This document shows, piece by piece, positions 8,159 to 16,920 of a stretch of 64,000 nucleotides of DNA (the stretch's first letter is position 1; each line of letters opens with the position of its first letter). The notes below the pieces were generated by a model, which was given only the letters and a program-made list of their open reading frames with translations, was not told where the DNA came from and did no database searches. This stretch comes from an uncultured Bacteroidota bacterium (GTDB lineage: Bacteria; Bacteroidota; Bacteroidia; Bacteroidales; WCHB1-69): NCBI GenBank assembly GCA_902786595.1, contig CADADB010000004.1:105162-169161 (forward strand), given 5' to 3'. The translations under genes and the position numbers were made by a program.

Positions 8159-10387
8159 CTACCTCCGCTCCCCCTGGCCCTGACCGGCCTGCGAACCCTC
8201 CAACTCCATCTTACCGAACTTGAACGACAGCCCGAACCGCACCGTCCGCGCCCGATAGCTCACACGCGTGGAGTCGCTGTAACTGTAATACGGATTGGCG
8301 CTTACGGTCGCGCTGCGGTTCCAGTCGAAGAGGTCGTCCACGTTCACCCACACCGCGATGCGCCGCTTCCAGAACTCTGCCCGCAACCCGAGGTCGATGC
8401 TGTAGCTCGGCCGAACCGTGGTGAACAGGAACACGTTCTGCGACTGATAGTTGGCGGCGGCGTTCACCTCCAACACCTTCCACAGCTTCGCCCAAAAGTT
8501 CAGCCGGAAACTGTACCCCAAATTCTCCGTCTCGTAGGGCTGATCCTCGTCGCGGAACTGGAACGCCGACTTTGTGTAATAGACATTGCCGTAAAAACGG
8601 ATGTTCATAAAGCTCTTGAGCTGGTACGTAACATTCACCTCCGCACCCGTGTTCAGGGTCTTGCCCGCGTTGATAGGCTGCGAAAAATAGACCATCCTTC
8701 CGAAAAAAGGATCGTAACAGACATCCGCAAGGCTGGAAAACTCGTCTTTCGTGTTCTTGAACCACGCATTGACGCCTACGTTGCCGAACTTGTTGATATA
8801 CTTCGTCCAGCCCGCCTCCACGGAGTTGGTGAACGCCTGCCGCAAGTCGGGGTTTCCCGTACTGAAGCTGTCCTCCCCGTATCTGTGGTAAGTGGTCAGG
8901 TCGGAGGACTGCGGGTTGTTCACCCGCCGCGTGTAGCTCAGCTTGAAATTGTGCATGTTTTTCGTGCGGTAGCTCAGGTGTATCGACGGGAAAAGCCCCC
9001 AATAGAGTTTCCGTACGTTATCGGCAGGGGAATCGGGATAGTCTAAGTTCAACGACAGCAGCTCAGAGCGCAGACCGCCCTTCAGCGTGAAGCCGCCGAA
9101 ACGGTGCTGCACGGTAACGTACGCATCGAAATCCCCGTCCTGACCGCGCGAATTCATCGAACGCACCGCGTCATGCACATAGTAACGTCCCAAATCGGCC
9201 ACCGCCAACGTGTCCGTCATCCATAGCTGTTTGTAGTGCACATAGCTTCCCGAAACACCCGTTTCCACCTCACCGTTCTGATGATATGGGATCGTGTAAT
9301 CGACCGAAACATTTCCTCTATGATACTGGTAATCATTTGTTTGCAGCCAGTTACGGTCCGAAAGCCTTGGTGAAAGATAGTCGCGTTGGAGATCACCGCT
9401 CAAACGGTAGCCCTGCCCCGCATACGTGGCTGAAGCACTCAACTTATGCCCTTGGTTGTTGAATTTATGCTCATACCAAAGTCCCACGTAGCCCGACAAA
9501 ATCCCGGATCTGTTGTGCACCGTATTATGATATGAATAATCCCCGGGATTGTAGAGATACTCCGTCCAAGAAGTGGTGTCCACAGCGTTATAATGCGTCA
9601 GTTGCGGATAAAAACCGCCGTAAAAATAGACCGTGTTCGTGGTATCCGGTGTCCAAGAGGCGTTGAGGAACAACCCGGTCTGGTCTTCTCGAAACCGTCT
9701 GATAGAATGCGAGGAATCTGTGGAAGAAAGCCTTCCCGAATCGTCGTAAATGGCTGATTCTGAAAGTCTGTCGTGCAGGGAAGTGCTATACCAATATTGC
9801 AGATAGGTGCTGATGGTGAACTTTTTGTTGGCATAAACATAGGAGAGGAAGGGAATGGCCTCGGGCGCGGAGGATCCCTTCGCCCCGAAGCTCAGGAAGC
9901 TGTTTTTCCTGATGTCGGAAACGGTGACGATGTTGATGATGCCGCCCGCACCCTGCGCACTGTACCGCGCCGAGGGGTTAGTGATGACCTCAATCTTCTC
10001 GATGTCACTGGCCGGCATCTGCTGCAGAAGGATTTTGAGGGCTTCGGCGTTCATGTTGGCAGGTCGATTGTTAAGCCATATCTGTACCGATGAGACTCCG
10101 CGCAGGGTGATATTGCCCTCCACATCGACCTCCACGCCCGGCGCGTTCTGCAGCGCGTCCGCCCCCGTACCCGACTGAACCGCAGGGTCTTCCGAAACGT
10201 TGTACATCGTCTTTTCCCCATCGGTCATATAGACGGGCTTCTTCGCGGTGATGCCCACCTCGGGCAGTTCCGTGGTCTTCTTCGGGACAATCGTGTCCGA
10301 CTTTGCGACTGAAACGGTATCGTTTTGCTGCGCGAACACCCTTCCAGCCACCGCCATCATGAGGATGGCCACCATGATTCTTTTCAT
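8159..10387 (-). CDS. TonB-dependent receptor-like outer-membrane beta-barrel protein
   Basis: Signal peptide; plug LQNAPGVEVD...IEKIEVITNPSARYSAQGAGGIINIV; GNPDL; C-terminal barrel strand. Confidence 0.88.
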   Translation of the reverse strand: MKRIMVAILMMAVAGRVFAQQNDTVSVAKSDTIVPKKTTELPEVGITAKKPVYMTDGEKTMYNVSEDPAVQSGTGADALQNAPGVEVDVEGNITLRGVSSVQIWLNNRPANMNAEALKILLQQMPASDIEKIEVITNPSARYSAQGAGGIINIVTVSDIRKNSFLSFGAKGSSAPEAIPFLSYVYANKKFTISTYLQYWYSTSLHDRLSESAIYDDSGRLSSTDSSHSIRRFREDQTGLFLNASWTPDTTNTVYFYGGFYPQLTHYNAVDTTSWTEYLYNPGDYSYHNTVHNRSGILSGYVGLWYEHKFNNQGHKLSASATYAGQGYRLSGDLQRDYLSPRLSDRNWLQTNDYQYHRGNVSVDYTIPYHQNGEVETGVSGSYVHYKQLWMTDTLAVADLGRYYVHDAVRSMNSRGQDGDFDAYVTVQHRFGGFTLKGGLRSELLSLNLDYPDSPADNVRKLYWGLFPSIHLSYRTKNMHNFKLSYTRRVNNPQSSDLTTYHRYGEDSFSTGNPDLRQAFTNSVEAGWTKYINKFGNVGVNAWFKNTKDEFSSLADVCYDPFFGRMVYFSQPINAGKTLNTGAEVNVTYQLKSFMNIRFYGNVYYTKSAFQFRDEDQPYETENLGYSFRLNFWAKLWKVLEVNAAANYQSQNVFLFTTVRPSYSIDLGLRAEFWKRRIAVWVNVDDLFDWNRSATVSANPYYSYSDSTRVSYRARTVRFGLSFKFGKMELEGSQAGQGQGERR

Positions 10388-10419
10388 AATCCTTTGGTTT
10401 TAAGTTCATAATCAATTAC

Positions 10420-10468
10420 GCGGCAAAGATACAACTAATTTTTTAATTATACAACTAAATAATTAGTT
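10420..10468 (-). promoter_or_regulatory. Promoter with BlaI-type operator(s) upstream of the receptor gene
   Basis: TATCTTTG on the minus strand plus AACTAA-N4-TTAGTT palindrome (10453-10468); 42/49 identical to 14207-14255. Confidence 0.6.
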
Positions 10469-10817
10469 TATGGTTATTTTATTGGTTTTAATTTTATTTA
10501 GGCGTTCCGGCGCGTAGGAAACGACGCTTCAATCCCTAACGCACACCGTCAAGTGTGCAGACCCGCATTGTTGGTGTGTCCGGCGGCGTGTATGCGATTC
10601 TGTGTCCATTTTTTTAAATTTTCTCCGAAATAATCTCCAAATGTGTTTTTTTTGAAAAGAGGCAATCTAAACCCATATAACAACTTTGTCTATTTTTATC
10701 TCTCTAATTACAATAAAGCTATCGCAAATGGTAACTTATGACAAAATCACAAGAGACGATTTTTGTACAGTTTGATTTCGTATCTTTGGCCGTGAAAAAT
10801 TTAAACACGAAAACAAG

Positions 10818-10841
10818 AAAATTCCCAATATTAGGAATTTT
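10818..10841. promoter_or_regulatory. Palindromic operator upstream of higBA
   Basis: AAAATTCC-CAATATTA-GGAATTTT directly before TATTTTTG. Confidence 0.55.
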
Positions 10842-10867
10842 TATTATTTTTGCAAACTCTCAAAACA

Positions 10868-11182
10868 ATGAACATATCATTTGAAGATGTTGAATTAGAA
10901 AAACTTATAACGACTCACAATAGCAAAAGGTACAAAAAATACACCCGAGACAAGAAATTCTTATGGGCTTTAGACCGTGTGTTTAACGATTTGCAGGGTG
11001 TTGCCAAGTGCAGCGACTTGAAACAGTTGAGCTATCTGCATTACGAGCAGCTCAGGAAAATTGGATTGAGCTCAGTGAGAGTGATGAATGGAAGAGTAGA
11101 ACGGCTTTTGTTTCAGGAATTGGAAAATGGAATAAGAATAACCGTCATAGAACTTGATGAATCACACTATGGACAACGATAA
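10868..11182 (+). CDS. higB: HigB-like (RelE-fold) toxin
   Basis: MNISFED..LEKL, LHYEQL, SSVRV..RLLF, ends HYG; lies upstream of a HigA antitoxin. Confidence 0.75.
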   Translation: MNISFEDVELEKLITTHNSKRYKKYTRDKKFLWALDRVFNDLQGVAKCSDLKQLSYLHYEQLRKIGLSSVRVMNGRVERLLFQELENGIRITVIELDESHYGQR

Positions 11183-11507
11183 CAGAATCACAGCTTTCCG
11201 GGCGGTGCATCCCGGAGAAACACTTGCCGAGGAGCTGAAAGAGCGCGGCATCAAACAAAAAGAGCTGGCCAAAGCAATAGGCATCCAGCCCAGCCATCTG
11301 AACGAGCTTATCAAGGGCAAGCGCAGTTTCACCACCGCAGTGGCGATGGCACTGGAAAAGGAGTTGGGCATTCCTTACGATTTCTGGATGCGCCTGCAAT
11401 ACGGCTACGAACACGACTGCCTTGTCATTGCCCAGCGCGAAGTGGAAGAGCAACAGCGCACCCGACGCGAGCCACCCCTTTTGAACAAGGTGGCCACAAT
11501 CCTTTAA
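11169..11507 (+). CDS. higA: HigA family antitoxin (HTH)
   Basis: AVHPGETLAEEL...QKELAKAIG...FWMRLQYGY. Confidence 0.88.
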   Translation: MDNDNRITAFRAVHPGETLAEELKERGIKQKELAKAIGIQPSHLNELIKGKRSFTTAVAMALEKELGIPYDFWMRLQYGYEHDCLVIAQREVEEQQRTRREPPLLNKVATIL

Positions 11508-11553
11508 TATCGACAGAGAAACCGACAACCCTAACGGCTCTTCATCGTTTTGT

Positions 11554-11895
11554 TCATGCCCGAGGTTTAAAATACACCACCTGATTCGGGAAATCGATCA
11601 CCACCTCGCCCATGTATTGCAGCAGCCCGAAACCGAAATAGCCAATGACGTCCTTGCCGTAGTGGTTATCCACAAAAGTGCTGTCCAACCACACGAAAGG
11701 GGCCGCGCAGTCGTAAACCAACCTGACAGGCAGACTATCGTTCAAGAAGGCATCCACGTAGATGTGCGGAGTGTAGGTATGGAAGCGGAAGGGGTGCTTT
11801 TGAACAGAAGTCCCGTTCGCACCGCTCCAGCTTGGCTGACCGATGCCGGCCAGCACACTTCCTAAGAAAACGATGATAATGAGGTAGTTTTTCAT
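11554..11895 (-). pseudogene. Probable internally deleted secreted aspartyl-protease-like gene
   Basis: Signal peptide; HIYVDAFLNDSLPVRLVYDCAA (degenerate DTGA) joined after about 20 aa to the terminal G.FG..LL..VVIDFPNQVVYF motif. Confidence 0.5.
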
Positions 11896-11960
11896 TACTT
11901 ATTGCAATTAAGATTGCATTTCATAATTATCCATAACAACATCATTTTTAATAAGATGTT

Positions 11961-11993
11961 TAACAGCAACTGCTAACTACTAACTGCTAACTA
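11961..11993. repeat. Heptamer tandem repeat (AACTRCT)n abutting the M56 stop codon
   Basis: AACTGCT AACTACT AACTGCT AACTA. Confidence 0.7.
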
Positions 11994-13619
11994 TCACTCT
12001 ACCACCACATCGTTGATGGGAACGGTGTCGATTTGGATGTGCAAGAAGCGAGGTTCGGATTTCACATCGGAATCGGGCCGATCAATGCTAGTGTAGTTTT
12101 TCGACCGCCATCCTCTTGGATCGGTCACAGCAACTTTGAAATCTTCGCCCGTGGTGAATCCTACCGGCAGACGCAACATGCAACGCACCGGCTCCCCATC
12201 CTTGATGGCCGGTTTGCAGGCAGGCGCGGCACGGAAGGCCTGATTGATTTCCGCCATGATGGCATCAATCATCTGTTGCACAAGCGCATTCCGTGCTTCC
12301 TTATCTTCGGGAGCATCCTCTCCGAGATCAAGGTGCGCGACAGCCCATCCATCATTGCTATCTTTGCGGCCTTTGAAAGGCACCGTAAACACAACCTCTC
12401 CCTTCTTGCCAGCAACATCACCCCAGCTGACACAAGCCGTATCCAACTCCGTGAAGAGAACTCGTCCATCCTTCTCCACGATAAAACAGACCGTTAAAAG
12501 TCCAGACAGATTGTACTTTTTGGCCAATTCGGGGTACTTCATGCTACCGTAAAGGTTATCGACATACTGTTGGATGCCACCCGGGAACAGCGGCATCGAA
12601 TCGGGATCCATGCAAACGGGTTCATCTATAACTTTTTCAACTTCCTCTTCCACAGCTACTTCCTCCGTTTTCGGATGACAGTTCACCAACAAGAGTCCGG
12701 CGATGATGGGGACAAGCGCGAGGAGCCACCACGCGGACAATCTGCGTTTTACCGGCTGGCTCATCATCAAAATACGCTTCTTGGTCAGCAAATGACGGAA
12801 ACTGTTGCCCACGGGCACGAACTTGCCCACGCACAACTGCTTGTACAGCAGCTCTAAGTAATCGCGGCGCGAGGTTCCGCACGAGAGCACCGCCTCATCG
12901 GCCAAATACTCGTGGACGCTGCTCAATTCCCTGGCGTACAAGTAAATGACGGGATTGAACCATTGCAGCACCCGCACCGCTTCCGTGAAGAGCAGATCCC
13001 ACGTGTGACGCTGGCGGATGTGCGTCCGCTCGTGACGCAGCACCTGCTGCAACTCGCTCTCTGTGAACACTTCCGGATTCACGAACACCGAGCGCAGGAA
13101 CGAGAACGGAAGGTTGCCGTCGGGCTCGCCCAGCACCCGCACGCACATATCGCCCGTCGAAAGCTCATCCGACAGCACACTGCGCCGATAGTACCTGAAA
13201 GTCTTAAAAAGCTTGACAACCAGCAGAATAAAGGCCACCCCGCAACCGAGGACGTATCCATACCATATTATATCCTTAAAAGAAAATGTTTTGGCAGTTT
13301 CTGTCGTTCCCCTTGTCTCAGTTGTCATATTTGTCATATCTGCCGTTGATTCAACAGCCTCAGTTTTTGTTTCCCCAGCCACATCTACTTGAACAACAGC
13401 TGGTTCCTGCGTCATCCCAAAATGTTGCGTATAAGGTTGCGCTACAGCGGTCACACGACTCGGCATCTCAAGAGAGACAAACGGCAGCACCAACGAAAGT
13501 GCCAATGTGCCAACAAGATAGAAACGGCGCAAGCGGAACAGGTTGCTCCTGCGCAAGGTGGCGGCATACAGCCCGAAAAAGAGGGCGATGGCGACGGCGG
13601 AAAAGAGAATCGTTTTCAT
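11994..13619 (-). CDS. M56 family (BlaR1/MecR1-like) metallopeptidase with a degenerate TonB C-terminal domain
   Basis: N-terminal TM segments, PFSF, HERTH zinc motif, WFNP, HEYLAD, KKRI; C-terminal MPLFPGG..YPELAK. Confidence 0.9.
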   Translation of the reverse strand: MKTILFSAVAIALFFGLYAATLRRSNLFRLRRFYLVGTLALSLVLPFVSLEMPSRVTAVAQPYTQHFGMTQEPAVVQVDVAGETKTEAVESTADMTNMTTETRGTTETAKTFSFKDIIWYGYVLGCGVAFILLVVKLFKTFRYYRRSVLSDELSTGDMCVRVLGEPDGNLPFSFLRSVFVNPEVFTESELQQVLRHERTHIRQRHTWDLLFTEAVRVLQWFNPVIYLYARELSSVHEYLADEAVLSCGTSRRDYLELLYKQLCVGKFVPVGNSFRHLLTKKRILMMSQPVKRRLSAWWLLALVPIIAGLLLVNCHPKTEEVAVEEEVEKVIDEPVCMDPDSMPLFPGGIQQYVDNLYGSMKYPELAKKYNLSGLLTVCFIVEKDGRVLFTELDTACVSWGDVAGKKGEVVFTVPFKGRKDSNDGWAVAHLDLGEDAPEDKEARNALVQQMIDAIMAEINQAFRAAPACKPAIKDGEPVRCMLRLPVGFTTGEDFKVAVTDPRGWRSKNYTSIDRPDSDVKSEPRFLHIQIDTVPINDVVVE

Positions 13620-13621
13620 GA

Positions 13622-14008
13622 CTATTCGGTTTTTGTGGGTGAATCATCTTGCGGAACGGCATCGATCATCCTGCGGATGTCGTCCAGCTCTTCCAACGTA
13701 ATATCCTGGTTGTTAGCGAAAAAGGAGACCATTGACTTGAACGAGTTGTCGAAGTAGTTGCGCACAAAATGCTGCATGAACTCTTCCGAGTACTGTTCCT
13801 TGCTCACCAATGGATAGTAGCGGTTCGACTTCCCGAAGGTCTCGTGCGACACGAACCCCTTCTTTTCGAGAATGCGCACCACGGTCAGCATGGTGTTGTA
13901 GGCCGGCTTCGGTTCCGGGAAATTGGCGATGATGTCGGCGGCGAATCCCTGTTTGATCTGCCACAGCACCTGCATCACCTGTTCTTCTGCTTTGGTTAAT
14001 TCTTTCAT
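13622..14008 (-). CDS. BlaI/MecI/CopY family repressor
   Basis: MKELTKAEEQVMQVLW...PKPAYNT...LEKKGFV...YFDNSF. Confidence 0.93.
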   Translation of the reverse strand: MKELTKAEEQVMQVLWQIKQGFAADIIANFPEPKPAYNTMLTVVRILEKKGFVSHETFGKSNRYYPLVSKEQYSEEFMQHFVRNYFDNSFKSMVSFFANNQDITLEELDDIRRMIDAVPQDDSPTKTE

Positions 14009-14032
14009 ATCGTTATATTTTATTGGTTAATG

Positions 14033-14197
14033 TTCATCGTCACATTCATCGTTCATTTATCGCATCATCGTATCATCGCATCATCGTCATCCGTCCTATG
14101 CGCTATCGCTCACCCTATGCTAACATAGGTCGGGCTTTCAGCCCTTTTTGAATTAGATTTATATTCATTCTTAATTCTTAATTTTTCATTCTTAATT
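14033..14197. repeat. Composite of octamer (ATCATCGY) and heptamer (TTCTTAA) arrays with a GGGCTTTCAGCCC hairpin
   Basis: Read directly from the sequence; the octamer family recurs at 32596-32650. Confidence 0.65.
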
Positions 14198-14206
14198 GAA
14201 AACGGC

Positions 14207-14255
14207 GCGGCAAAGATATAATTTATTTTTTAATCACACAACGAAAAAATTAGTT
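14207..14255 (-). promoter_or_regulatory. blaI promoter and autoregulatory operator
   Basis: TATCTTTG (minus strand) and imperfect palindrome AACGAAAAAATTAGTT. Confidence 0.6.
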
Positions 14256-14318
14256 ATATATTGCATTCGTTGAGAAAAAAATATTTTTCGTAATTTCGCA
14301 CCGCAAACCAAATCCGTT

Positions 14319-15542
14319 ATGAGAAAACTTATTATTGTCATATTCTACTGTCTGTCAACACTTTTCGCCACCGCCAATGACGGTGTCTTCTACGCTTCCG
14401 GCAACCAGCTGATACCAATTACCGAGACCGACATCAGCGTGAGGAAGGAGGTGTTGACCCTCAACCGGGTGGGCGACCACATCGAGGTGACTGTCTATTA
14501 CGAGTTCTTCAACCCCGTGGGCGAGAAAGAACTGCTGGTCGGGTTCGAGGCAGAGTCGCCTTACAACAGCAGTCTGGATCCTTTCAAGGTATTCCCGAGA
14601 CATCCGCACATCCGCAACTTCAAGGTGGCGATGAACGGAGAACCGCTGACCTTTGAAATCGCCAATGTGCCCCTGAAATACTATGACCATGTCAAAGATA
14701 CCTTCCTGTCGAATCCGTATTTCAATAACGGGCACATAGAAACATGGGACAAACAACGGATTACAGACTCCATATACGCCTGGGGCGCGCCGGACCTGCC
14801 TACAGACTACGTCTATCACTTCAAAGCGAAATTCCGCCCAGGGCTAAACATCATCTACCACACTTACGACTTCGACCTTTCTTTCTCTATCGATGAGGAA
14901 TTCTATTTTCCCTACGTGCTGACCGCTGCCAACCGCTGGGCCAACCACCAAATCGATGACTTCCTGTTGTTAGTCAATATGGGCGACCGCGAATCTTTCA
15001 GCATTGATCCGGATTTTTTTCAAAGTCCTGACGAATGGAGATTCCTCGGGAAAGGCAAAACCACGACATACTCTTCTTCATACCCTACGAAAAGGGATAT
15101 CCCTGTTTTCCACGTCCAAGAAGGCAGCCTCGCTTTCCGAAAGGCCAACTTCCACCCGGAAGGCGAATTGTATCTCACCAAAAGCAACACCATCCATTAC
15201 TCTTTCGGTGACCCTGACGACGCTCCTTCTTTTACAGAGACACTGGCAGAACAATATTATTCCTATTCTGATTTGCTGTCGGCCCTTCGACACGAAATCA
15301 CGAATTCGCTGATTATTCCATCCGACACCGACTACGAATACAACTACGACACCCTCGTCACCCCCGAGCAGCGCCGCATCCTCAAGAACCTACCTTTCGC
15401 CTATCGGGGCTACATCTTCAAAGACAAAGCATTACGAGACTATTTCGAATCCACCGACTGGTACCTGCCGAACCCGGAATACGACGGGAAGATGGATGCT
15501 TTCAGCGCAGAGGAGAGGAAATGGGTGGAGTTTTGGAAATAA
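14319..15542 (+). CDS. Exported DUF4424-like protein with C-terminal YARHG domain
   Basis: Signal peptide, ANDG...ISVRKEVL, C-terminal LKNLPFAYRGYIFK...YFESTDWY. Confidence 0.82.
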   Translation: MRKLIIVIFYCLSTLFATANDGVFYASGNQLIPITETDISVRKEVLTLNRVGDHIEVTVYYEFFNPVGEKELLVGFEAESPYNSSLDPFKVFPRHPHIRNFKVAMNGEPLTFEIANVPLKYYDHVKDTFLSNPYFNNGHIETWDKQRITDSIYAWGAPDLPTDYVYHFKAKFRPGLNIIYHTYDFDLSFSIDEEFYFPYVLTAANRWANHQIDDFLLLVNMGDRESFSIDPDFFQSPDEWRFLGKGKTTTYSSSYPTKRDIPVFHVQEGSLAFRKANFHPEGELYLTKSNTIHYSFGDPDDAPSFTETLAEQYYSYSDLLSALRHEITNSLIIPSDTDYEYNYDTLVTPEQRRILKNLPFAYRGYIFKDKALRDYFESTDWYLPNPEYDGKMDAFSAEERKWVEFWK

Positions 15543-15593
15543 CCCCCTAAACCTTTAACCTCCTAACCTCCTAACCTTCTAACCTTTTAACCC
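15540..15593. repeat. Octamer tandem repeat (TAACCTYY)n filling the intergenic gap
   Basis: TAACCCCC TAAACCTT TAACCTCC TAACCTCC TAACCTTC TAACCTTT TAACCC, starting at the stop codon. Confidence 0.75.
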
Positions 15594-15599
15594 AACCAA

Positions 15600-16784
15600 A
15601 TGGAATCTATCAAGAAAATCTTCAAAATCGGCTACGGACCCTCCAGCAGCCACACTATGGGACCGCACCGCGCGGCCGAGATCTTCAAAGAGAGAACCCC
15701 CGACGCCAACGGCTACCGCGTGACCCTTTACGGCAGTCTGGCGGCCACCGGCAAGGGCCACTTCACCGACAAGACCATCATCGACGCCCTTTCGCCAAAA
15801 CCCACCGAAATCCTCTGGAAACCCGAAATCCAGCACGAGTTCCACACCAACGCTATGCTCTTCGAATCGCTCAAGGGTGAGGAAGTGACCGACCAGTGGA
15901 AAATTTACAGCATCGGCGGCGGCGAGATTGCGGATGAGCACTCCGTGATGGACCACGAAGAGCGCTACGAGGAGAACAGTATGTCGGAAATCGTGAAACT
16001 GGTAGAGAAGTACGGTATGAACTTCTGGGAATATGTGGAAAAGCACGAGGACGCCGACCTTTGGGACTTTTTGGAGGAGCGTTGGAAGGTGATGCAGTCA
16101 ACCATCGAGAAAGGGTTGCAGAACGACGGGGTGCTACCCGGCGGACTGTACGTCAAACGGAAGGCCACGCAATATTACGTGAAGGCGCGCAGCTACAAGG
16201 CCTCGCTGCAAGGTCGCTGTCTCGTGTCGGCCTACGCCTTGGCCACGGCGGAGGAGAACGCCTCGGGCGGCAAGATCGTCACCGCGCCCACCTGCGGATC
16301 GTCGGGCGTGCTGCCGGCGGTGCTCTACCACCTCAAGCACAACCACGACTACAGCGACAAGTTCATCCTGAAGGCGATGGCCACAGCCGGACTCTTCGGA
16401 AACATCATCCGCACCAACGCCTCCCTATCCGGAGCAGAAGTGGGCTGCCAAGGCGAGATCGGCTCCGCGTGCGCTATGGCCGCAGCCGCCGCCAACCAGC
16501 TCTTCGGAGGTTCGCCACAACAGATTGAATACGCCGCCGAGATGGGACTGGAACACCACCTCGGACTTACCTGCGACCCCATCTGCGGTCTCGTGCAGAT
16601 TCCCTGCATCGAGCGCAACGCCTTCGCCGCCCTCCGCGCCCTCGACGCCAACCTCTTCGCCATGATGTCCGACGGCAAGCACCTCATCAGCTTCGACAAG
16701 GTGGTGAAAACGATGAACCTGACGGGCAAAGACCTGCCGAGTTTGTATAAGGAAACGGCGATGGGGGGACTGGCGATCGATTGA
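15600..16784 (+). CDS. sdaA: L-serine ammonia-lyase (Fe-S, single chain)
   Basis: GPSSSHTMGP, APTCGSSG, GAEVGCQGE, LGLTCDP..GLVQIPCIERN. Confidence 0.93.
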   Translation: MESIKKIFKIGYGPSSSHTMGPHRAAEIFKERTPDANGYRVTLYGSLAATGKGHFTDKTIIDALSPKPTEILWKPEIQHEFHTNAMLFESLKGEEVTDQWKIYSIGGGEIADEHSVMDHEERYEENSMSEIVKLVEKYGMNFWEYVEKHEDADLWDFLEERWKVMQSTIEKGLQNDGVLPGGLYVKRKATQYYVKARSYKASLQGRCLVSAYALATAEENASGGKIVTAPTCGSSGVLPAVLYHLKHNHDYSDKFILKAMATAGLFGNIIRTNASLSGAEVGCQGEIGSACAMAAAAANQLFGGSPQQIEYAAEMGLEHHLGLTCDPICGLVQIPCIERNAFAALRALDANLFAMMSDGKHLISFDKVVKTMNLTGKDLPSLYKETAMGGLAID

Positions 16785-16844
16785 TGACATGAGAGATAAG
16801 AGGTTAAGATAATAAGAGGATAAGAAGAGGAACAAGGAGATAAA

Positions 16845-16920
16845 AAAGACGTGAGATTTAAGATGATAAACCTCACGTCTTTTCTTTTATTCGCAACGTC
16901 TTAAGTCTTAAGTCTCAAGT
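16845..16920. repeat. AGACGTG/AGATTTA heptamer family with hairpin between convergent genes
   Basis: AAGACGTGAG...CTCACGTCTT hairpin, then CGTCTTA AGTCTTA AGTCTCA AGT. Confidence 0.65.
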
